The notes under the pieces: generated by a model
What the model was told of the DNA's origin: nothing
Seen by the model: only the letters and a program-made list of their open reading frames with translations
The model's database searches: none
Shown: piece by piece, positions 35,640-43,287 of the stretch
Position numbering within the stretch: position 1 is the first letter of the stretch
Layout of the letters: the number at the start of each line of letters is the position of its first letter
Made by a program: the position numbers and the translations under genes
Assembly (NCBI GenBank): GCA_002308795.1
Contig: DBVV01000072.1
Location: 818 to 44,104 of the forward strand
Length of the DNA: 43,287 nt
Direction: 5' to 3'
Source: Mageeibacillus sp. UBA1255
GTDB taxonomy: Bacteria > Bacillota > Clostridia > UBA1212 > UBA1255

Positions 35640-35910
35640 AATTAATTTACAGCTGTTCGCTCATAAAAAAGGACTGGGCAGCTCAAAGAACGGCAGAGAT
35701 TCAGAATCCAAGCGCCTCGGCGTAAAGAGAGCTGACGGACAGACCGTTCAGGCCGGTACGATACTTGTCAGACAGCGCGGGACGAAGATCCATCCCGGCG
35801 AGAACGTAGGTATCGGCGTTGACTATACCCTTTATGCGAAAGTTGACGGAAAAGTAGCTTACCGCAGACTGGGAAAAGATAAGAAACAGGCGGTCATCGT
35901 TGCTGAATAA
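35632..35910 (+). CDS. rpmA: 50S ribosomal protein L27 with Prp-cleavable N-terminal extension
   Basis: [24 protein letters not shown]... is the Firmicutes-type propeptide followed by the conserved mature N-terminus. The start at 35632 overlaps the prp end. Confidence 0.95.
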   Translation: MLRINLQLFAHKKGLGSSKNGRDSESKRLGVKRADGQTVQAGTILVRQRGTKIHPGENVGIGVDYTLYAKVDGKVAYRRLGKDKKQAVIVAE

Positions 35911-35940
35911 TTGACGGCACCGCAAATTAAAGCGATCGAG

Positions 35941-35976
35941 GGCTTTCGAAATAATATGTTCCGAAAGCCTTTTTTA
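35941..35976 (+). terminator. Rho-independent terminator after rpmA
   Basis: GGCTTTCG / CGAAAGCC 8-bp stem followed by TTTTTT. Confidence 0.85.
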
Positions 35977-36044
35977 TTTTCGCGAATTAGAGTATAATAA
36001 CGGATGAAGGCCGGAAAGAGTGCGGCTGATTTGCCGCGTGCTGA

Positions 36045-37388
<1,344 letters not shown>

Positions 37389-37426
37389 CCGGGCGGAACG
37401 GAACCGCGCCGATCGGAGGATGAAAG

Positions 37427-37978
37427 ATGCAAAAAACCGGCGGAATGTTTGAAGACGGAACACAGATGACCGCAAACGGAGTGCTTATATTATACGTACT
37501 TGACCTGATGGAAGGACCGCTCCCTGAGGATATTTTAACCGAGCTTATAATGGCGCCCGGGCTTGTTAACTATTTCACGATGTGCCGCTGCCTTTCAGGG
37601 CTTATAAACGAGGGCAGCGTCCTGAGAGAACTTGACAGCATGGGCAAAGCAATGTATGATATAACCGCGTCAGGAAAAGAAACGCTCGCGTCGATGAAAT
37701 ATATGATCAGCGGAGGCCTCGGGGCCGCGTATGAAAGCTACATACGCAATCATAAAGACGATATAAAAAGGCGCACGAGGATCGATGCGAACTGGCTTAG
37801 AGACGCTAAGGGGAATTACTTCGTACACTGTTACGTCAGGGAAGGTCTTAACGCCGACATCGATATCACACTTCCTGCGGCGGACAGGGAAGACGCCGAG
37901 ACGATAGTCGGGAACTGGAAAAATAACGCTTCACGGAAGTATGTCGAAATATTGAAAGTTTTGCTGGACAGGAGCTGA
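37427..37978 (+). CDS. DUF4364-like protein (winged-helix-like N-terminus)
   Basis: ILILYVLDLMEGPLPEDILTELIMAPGLVNYFTMCRCLSGLINEGSV resembles DUF4364 family N-termini (recalled from memory). GGAGGA SD. Confidence 0.55.
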   Translation: MQKTGGMFEDGTQMTANGVLILYVLDLMEGPLPEDILTELIMAPGLVNYFTMCRCLSGLINEGSVLRELDSMGKAMYDITASGKETLASMKYMISGGLGAAYESYIRNHKDDIKRRTRIDANWLRDAKGNYFVHCYVREGLNADIDITLPAADREDAETIVGNWKNNASRKYVEILKVLLDRS

Positions 37979-37983
37979 AAAAA

Positions 37984-38346
37984 ATGACGGACAACGGAAA
38001 AAAACAGTGGCTGATACCTGATGCGTTTTATCCGGAGACGGACAACGGCGCTTACGTCAGCCATGAGGCTGTATGTGTTCTCAACACGGGCGACGAGGAT
38101 GCGCACATAGATATGACGCTTTATTTTGAAGGCCGCGAACCGCGGACCGGATTCCATGCCGTCTGCGGTGCGAGACGCACTCATCACATCAGGCTTGACA
38201 GGTTGAAGGATGACGACGGGAAAGGCATCGAGCGCGGCGTTCCTTATGCGATCCTGGTCGATTCAGACGTACCGGTAGTCGTACAGTACAGCCGCTGCGA
38301 CACCACCCAGAGCGAACTGTCGTTCATGGGACTGCTTGCGTATTGA
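37984..38346 (+). CDS. Sensory rhodopsin transducer (ASRT) family protein
   Basis: It aligns along its full length, by eye, with the Anabaena ASRT as I recall it: SHEAVCVLNTGDEDAH, YFEGREP, ARRTHHIRL, VPVVVQYSRCDTTQSE and a C-terminal AY. Confidence 0.8.
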   Translation: MTDNGKKQWLIPDAFYPETDNGAYVSHEAVCVLNTGDEDAHIDMTLYFEGREPRTGFHAVCGARRTHHIRLDRLKDDDGKGIERGVPYAILVDSDVPVVVQYSRCDTTQSELSFMGLLAY

Positions 38347-38423
38347 TGCTCTGAAGGATCCGTTCCCGAAAAAGAGCGTAACAGGCATTGCAAAGGATAA
38401 AAGACAAAAGGGTAAAATAAAAA

Positions 38424-39827
38424 ATGAGTTTTTCGGATCTGTTTTTTCTGTACGCATTCCTGCCGCTGTGTCTTATCGTTTATTTTATCTCACCGAAGAT
38501 AAAGTATAAAAACACGGTGCTCGTTATATTTTCGCTGATTTTCTACGCCTGGGGCGATATAAAGGCGCTCTTCGTTATCACTATATATGCCCTGATCAAT
38601 TTCGCGCTGGGCAGACTGATCAAAAAGAATATCGGCGAAAAGAAAGCTAAAATATTCGTCACGATCGGGCTTTTCCTCGATCTTGGCATTTTGCTCGTAT
38701 TTAAATATACAGGCTTCGTGCTCGAAAACATCAATGGCATATTCAGAACGTCGATCAGCGTGCCGAACTTCTGGGTGCCTCTGGGCCTCAGTTTCTTTAC
38801 GTTCCGTACGATCTCGTATCTGCTCGACGTTTACTGGGAAAAGATCGAAGCGGAAACGTATTTCCCCGATTTCCTCCTGTTTACGTCGCTGTTCCCGTGC
38901 ACGATCGCAGGCCCGATAGTACGCTATTCATCGATCGGCGCCGAACTGAAGGATCGCACGGTCAACGTCGACGATATGTACCAGGGCTTTACCCGGCTTT
39001 GCGTCGGTCTCGCTAAAAAGGTGCTGATCGCGGACAACCTCATCACGATCGTCAATGCATACTGGTCCGTTGACGCCGGTGCCGTCGCATCGGTGGATAC
39101 GTGGTATGCCGTGATCGTTTATTCGATGTACGTATACTTCGACTTCTCCGGATACTCCGACATGGCCATCGGTATTGCCCGCGTGCTCGGGTTCCATTTC
39201 GAAGAAAACTTCAACTATCCTTTCATGTGTACTTCGATCGCGGAATTCTGGCAGCGCTGGCACATTTCGCTCGGATCGTTCTTCAGAGACTACCTGCTTT
39301 ACGTTCCTATTTTCGGAAAAATGCGCAGATACGGCGGCCTTTTCCTCGTATGGTTCTGCACCGGATTATGGCACGGCGCTTCGTGGAACTACATCATCTG
39401 GGGACTTTATTTCGGACTGTTCATACTGATCGAAACGCTTCTCGGGAAAAAACGGCTCAAGAAGATCCCGCTGGCTGTCAAACATATTTACACCAAGCTT
39501 GTCATAATCATCGGATTCGGTATATTCTACTTCACCGATATGAAACAGCTCGGGTATTTCTTCAGAGGGATCTTTATGTTCTCGAAAGCCGGATTCGTCG
39601 GGGATACCTTCGGCACGTATTTCGTGAACAACATATTCCTTTTCATTGCCGCGCTGATATGCTGCTTCCCGCTCGTGCCGTTTGTGAAGAAAAAACTTGA
39701 ACCGTATAAGACTGCGCAGACGGTCGTAGGTGTGATCTGGGGTGCCTGCTGCGTTGCGATGCTTGTCATTTCGAGCCTGTTCCTTGTGAACGCTACCGAG
39801 CATCCGTTCCTCTACACTAAGTTCTGA
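38424..39827 (+). CDS. MBOAT family O-acyltransferase (AlgI/DltB-like)
   Basis: Polytopic membrane protein with FFTFRTISYLLDVY, FDFSGYSDMAIG, EFWQRWHISL and TGLWHGASW, including the MBOAT catalytic His. Confidence 0.85.
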   Translation: MSFSDLFFLYAFLPLCLIVYFISPKIKYKNTVLVIFSLIFYAWGDIKALFVITIYALINFALGRLIKKNIGEKKAKIFVTIGLFLDLGILLVFKYTGFVLENINGIFRTSISVPNFWVPLGLSFFTFRTISYLLDVYWEKIEAETYFPDFLLFTSLFPCTIAGPIVRYSSIGAELKDRTVNVDDMYQGFTRLCVGLAKKVLIADNLITIVNAYWSVDAGAVASVDTWYAVIVYSMYVYFDFSGYSDMAIGIARVLGFHFEENFNYPFMCTSIAEFWQRWHISLGSFFRDYLLYVPIFGKMRRYGGLFLVWFCTGLWHGASWNYIIWGLYFGLFILIETLLGKKRLKKIPLAVKHIYTKLVIIIGFGIFYFTDMKQLGYFFRGIFMFSKAGFVGDTFGTYFVNNIFLFIAALICCFPLVPFVKKKLEPYKTAQTVVGVIWGACCVAMLVISSLFLVNATEHPFLYTKF

Positions 39828-39841
39828 CGGAGGTGAGAGAT

Positions 39842-41422
39842 TTGAAAAATTATAAGAGTTTTTTGAAATTGTTTTTCGTCGTTCTCGTAGCCGGGACACT
39901 TATCGTCGGAGGCATTTATATGCTGTTTGCAAAACGTCCGACAGAATCAGAAAGTGAAAAGAGAAAACTCACGGAGAAACCGGAAATATCGTTTACATCG
40001 CTGCTTTCCGGCAAGTATTTTTCAGACCTGCAGGCATATTACGATGACACCGTTCCGGGAAGAGAAGATTATAAAGAGATAAGCGCTAATATACTCTCGA
40101 GAATGAAAGGGCTTCCTTTGAACAACCTTGTCATCTATAATCCGGTCATCATAAGAGCGACTGACGAGCCTGATGATCCCGAAGATGAAGGGACGTTCGT
40201 GCCGAGGCAGATAACTACGCCCGTGCCTTTTGAAGATGATGATCCGACTTTGCTTCCAACTAAAGCACCGGAACCGACAGAATTTATAACGGAAGGACCT
40301 ACCGATATTCCGACAAAAGAGACCGACCCGGTCGGAGAGACGCAAACTCCGGATCAGAACACCTCTGAACCGACAGCCACTCCCGAACCTGCCTCGACCG
40401 CGACTCCCGAGCCTACTGCTACCGCTACCAGGGCACCGTCTCCGACTCCTACAAAGGCACCTGCGACACCTACTCCCGGAAAGACCCCTGACCAGCAGGG
40501 AGGAGAACCGGCTATCGTCGAGTATCCGAAAGACGGTGCTATCCTTTACGGAGACCGCGGAATGGAACTGTACGGAGGTTCCAAGAGCGCGATGAAGAGG
40601 TACGTGGCGGCAATGGAATACATTAAAGACCGCTGCCCGGACGTGAACGTATACAGTATGACCGTACCGCTGTCGTCAATGTTCTTCCTTCCGCCTTCTT
40701 ACAAATCTAACGCGACAGAGCAGCTGAACGACCTCAACTACATTGAAGGTCTGTTCTCGAGCAAAGTTAAAGTCGTACGCGTTTACGACACTCTGAAAAG
40801 CCACGTTGACGCAGGAGAGAACATCTACCTTCGCACCGACCACCACTGGACGCACCTCGGAGCATACTACTCGATGAAAAAGTTCGCGGAAGTCGCCGGA
40901 GTACCTTTCGTTGACATCTCGGAATATTCCGAACACACCAGAGAAGGATTCGTCGGATCGTTCTATTCATACTTCGGCATGAAAGAACTGAAATCGAAGC
41001 CTGAAACGTTTACGTATTATATTTCTCCGAGAAACGTGAGCGTAAACTATTACAGCGCAGAAAACTTCAGCAAATACAAAGACGTTTCCGAGGCGTACGA
41101 CGCTTACTGGCTTGACGTGAATACGGCGAACAGCTACAGCATCGCGATGGGATTCGATAACTACCTTACTATTTCAAACACTGACGCAGGAACCGGAAGA
41201 AGACTGCTGATTATCAAGGACAGCTTCGGAAATCCGACACCGTCTTTCCTCTTCGGCAGTTTCGACAGGATCATTATGATCGACCCGAGATACTACACGA
41301 TGGACGTTTACGACCTGATACAGAGCCAGGGGATAACAGACGTGCTCGGGCTGGCCAATATTTTTGACCACACCACTTCCGGATTCGTGAAGCTTTACGA
41401 ATACGTGGCACAGAACAGATAA
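39842..41422 (+). CDS. DHHW-motif protein (AlgX/AlgJ/DltD-like extracytoplasmic acyltransferase partner)
   Basis: N-terminal TM anchor, a ~110-aa Pro/Thr/Glu-rich linker, then YLRTDHHWTHLGAYY (DHHW signature) and IIKDSFGN. A TTG start at 39842 is likely, 6 nt after GGAGGTG. The ORF track begins at 39833. Confidence 0.75.
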   Translation: MKNYKSFLKLFFVVLVAGTLIVGGIYMLFAKRPTESESEKRKLTEKPEISFTSLLSGKYFSDLQAYYDDTVPGREDYKEISANILSRMKGLPLNNLVIYNPVIIRATDEPDDPEDEGTFVPRQITTPVPFEDDDPTLLPTKAPEPTEFITEGPTDIPTKETDPVGETQTPDQNTSEPTATPEPASTATPEPTATATRAPSPTPTKAPATPTPGKTPDQQGGEPAIVEYPKDGAILYGDRGMELYGGSKSAMKRYVAAMEYIKDRCPDVNVYSMTVPLSSMFFLPPSYKSNATEQLNDLNYIEGLFSSKVKVVRVYDTLKSHVDAGENIYLRTDHHWTHLGAYYSMKKFAEVAGVPFVDISEYSEHTREGFVGSFYSYFGMKELKSKPETFTYYISPRNVSVNYYSAENFSKYKDVSEAYDAYWLDVNTANSYSIAMGFDNYLTISNTDAGTGRRLLIIKDSFGNPTPSFLFGSFDRIIMIDPRYYTMDVYDLIQSQGITDVLGLANIFDHTTSGFVKLYEYVAQNR

Positions 41423-41476
41423 TACTGAACAAAATGCGAATAAAAACATAAAATAATCGTTTTAAGGAGCGTAAAA

Positions 41477-43255
41477 ATGAGAGAACTTGAATATCCTTTT
41501 GACAGCGAGATGATCCTGCAGAACAGGAGAAAACTAAGAAAAGCTCTGCTTGCGGACGGATCGGCCAGAATAAAGAAAAACATTGCTGTGCTGGGCGGGT
41601 CAACGACTCACGATATTATCGCCGCGCTGGAACTGTTTCTGCTGAATCACGGGATCGAGCCGTCGTTTTACGAATCCGAATACGCGCAGTATTACCAGGA
41701 TGCAATGTTCGGAAATCCCGAACTTGACGAATTCCATCCGGACATAATTTTCGTTCATACTTCACTGCGCAATATTAACGTAGGGTTTCCGTCAATGTCA
41801 GATTCTCGCGAGCAGGTGAAGGAACTGATCGACAGCCAGGTGAAATATTTCGAGGGCATGTGGGAGAAACTTCGGGCAAAGTTCAACTGCCCGATAATCC
41901 AGAATAACTTCGAAATGCCTTTCTACAGGCTTCTGGGCAATAAAGACGCGCAGGACTACCGCGGCCGCACGAATTTCGTGACGGAGCTCAACCGCCGGTT
42001 TTATCAGTACGCGGATGAGCACAATGATTTCTACATCCACGACATCAATTACATTTCCGCGGCTTACGGTCTCGAACAGTGGTCCGATCCGTTTTACTGG
42101 TATATGTACAAGTACTGCCTGTGCCTCCCGGCCATACCCGAATTCGCGTTCAACCTTTCGAATATCATCAAGTCGATATTCGGTAAAAACAAGAAGGCGC
42201 TCGTGCTCGACCTTGACAACACTCTCTGGTCCGGAGTCGTTGGCGATGACGGTGTGGACGGCATAGACGTGGGTCAGGAAACGTCGGTGGGGCAGGGATT
42301 CTACGAATTCCAGACGTATTTAAAAGCGCACAAACAGCTCGGTATACTGCTGAACGTCGCTTCCAAAAACGATCATGAAAATGCGATCGCGGGGCTGAAC
42401 CATCCGTCCGGAGTGCTGAGACCCGATGATTTCACGATCATCAAGGCAAACTGGGACGCTAAATCCGAGAACCTGAAGAAGATCGCCGCAGAACTGTCGC
42501 TGCTGCCCGAGAGCCTCGTATTCGTTGACGACAATCCCGCCGAGCGCGAGATCGTCCGCGCGTACGTGCCTGGCGTTGCCGTTCCGGAGGTCAATAAAGT
42601 TGAGGAGTACATCCGGAATATTGACCGCGGCGGATATTTCGAAGTGACCACGTTCTCTGCTGACGACGCTTCGAGAGTTGAGATGTACCGCCAGAACATA
42701 ATGCGCGCTCAGGCCCAGGAATTGTTCACCGATTATAACGAGTATCTCTTAAGCCTCGAGATGCACGCCGATATAAAAGATTTCGAGCCGCTCTACCTCG
42801 CAAGGATCACGCAGCTCACTAATAAGAGCAACCAGTTCAACCTGACGACTAAGCGCTTTACCGAATCGGAGATGGAGGCTGTGGCGGCGGATGACAGATA
42901 CGTTAGACTCTACGGCAGGCTCGTCGACAAGTTCGGCGATAACGGTATAGTTTCCGTTGTTATCGGGCGCCAGGAGGACAATATCCTTCATATGGAGCTG
43001 TGGCTGATGAGCTGCCGCGTGCTGAAGCGCGATATGGAGCAGGCAATGCTAGACGAAGTCGTGAGGCAGGCTGCGCTTCGCGGCATCGACGAGATCCGGG
43101 GATATTATTATCCGACGGCAAAGAACAAGATGGTGGAGAAACTTTACGAGACGTTCGGATTCACGCTCTTAAGTTCGGATGACGCGGGCAATACCGTCTG
43201 GTCGCTTAAGACTGAAGGCTATGAGAATCAGAATAAAGTGATCAAAGTGAATTAA
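41477..43255 (+). CDS. FkbH-like HAD-IIIC phosphatase-family protein with C-terminal GNAT-like domain
   Basis: LVLDLDNTLWSGVVGDDG HAD motif I, ASKN motif, FVDDNPAERE motif and a C-terminal acyltransferase-like fold (LWLMSCRVLKRDME). The architecture is that of FkbH-type carrier-protein loading enzymes. Confidence 0.8.
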   Translation: MRELEYPFDSEMILQNRRKLRKALLADGSARIKKNIAVLGGSTTHDIIAALELFLLNHGIEPSFYESEYAQYYQDAMFGNPELDEFHPDIIFVHTSLRNINVGFPSMSDSREQVKELIDSQVKYFEGMWEKLRAKFNCPIIQNNFEMPFYRLLGNKDAQDYRGRTNFVTELNRRFYQYADEHNDFYIHDINYISAAYGLEQWSDPFYWYMYKYCLCLPAIPEFAFNLSNIIKSIFGKNKKALVLDLDNTLWSGVVGDDGVDGIDVGQETSVGQGFYEFQTYLKAHKQLGILLNVASKNDHENAIAGLNHPSGVLRPDDFTIIKANWDAKSENLKKIAAELSLLPESLVFVDDNPAEREIVRAYVPGVAVPEVNKVEEYIRNIDRGGYFEVTTFSADDASRVEMYRQNIMRAQAQELFTDYNEYLLSLEMHADIKDFEPLYLARITQLTNKSNQFNLTTKRFTESEMEAVAADDRYVRLYGRLVDKFGDNGIVSVVIGRQEDNILHMELWLMSCRVLKRDMEQAMLDEVVRQAALRGIDEIRGYYYPTAKNKMVEKLYETFGFTLLSSDDAGNTVWSLKTEGYENQNKVIKVN

Positions 43256-43259
43256 GATA

Positions 43260-43287
43260 ATGGCAAGTGGCAAGTGGCAAGTGGCAA
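43260..43287 (+). CDS. Possible 5' end of a downstream gene (MASGKWQVA...), truncated
   Basis: An ATG at 43260 lies 5 nt after the FkbH-like stop, and the frame stays open to the window end. There is no clear SD and the frame lies entirely within the heptamer repeat. Confidence 0.25.
43261..43287 (+). repeat. Heptanucleotide tandem repeat (TGGCAAG), 3 full copies plus a partial one, cut by the window end
   Basis: Read directly: TGGCAAG TGGCAAG TGGCAAG TGGCAA. Confidence 0.85.

Overview
This looks like a chromosomal segment from a roughly 50% GC Gram-positive anaerobe, probably Clostridia-like. The clues are an rplU-prp-rpmA-obg operon with a Prp-processed L27 extension, desulfoferrodoxin/flavodiiron oxygen defence, lipobox lipoproteins and tightly ATGA-coupled operons. 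I found no transposase, integrase, phage gene or CRISPR array.

Gene order, left to right:
- 3' end of a P-type ATPase, a discoidin-domain lipoprotein and tRNA-Val(CAC).
- A carbohydrate block: SASA-type esterase, MATE exporter, GH36-like lipoprotein and an alpha/beta hydrolase. It also holds a GH43 gene coupled to a second P-type ATPase, a D-lyxose-type isomerase and a DUF5107-like protein.
- A redox-defence operon: dfx, a mini FTR-like protein, trxA and a four-module flavodiiron protein.
- A Y-family polymerase/YolD-like module, a lipase-like hydrolase and hisS.
- An AT-hook + LuxS-like protein and an acidic-tailed membrane protein.
- A long aromatic amino-acid operon: aroF-tyrA-aroB-aroA-aroC-pheA-aroE::aroQ-trpB2.
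- A DmpA-type peptidase, rplU-prp-rpmA and obg.
- A DUF4364 + sensory-rhodopsin-transducer-like gene pair.
- An MBOAT-DHHW-FkbH envelope-acylation cluster running to the window end.

Most interesting observations:
1. A Phe/Tyr/Trp-codon-rich upstream ORF sits in the ~290-nt leader of the aromatic operon. It is a candidate leader-peptide attenuator with no canonical terminator.
2. A bacterial AT-hook region is fused to a divergent LuxS-like domain that keeps the metal ligands but not the catalytic Glu/Cys.
3. The MBOAT/DHHW/FkbH cluster resembles a Dlt-like pathway with a different loading enzyme. It is followed by a heptanucleotide repeat at the next gene's start.
4. The redox operon carries a perfect 18-bp palindromic operator, a 66-aa FTR-like protein and a self-contained four-module flavodiiron enzyme.

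All family assignments come from motif recognition by eye and need HMM or structure searches to confirm.
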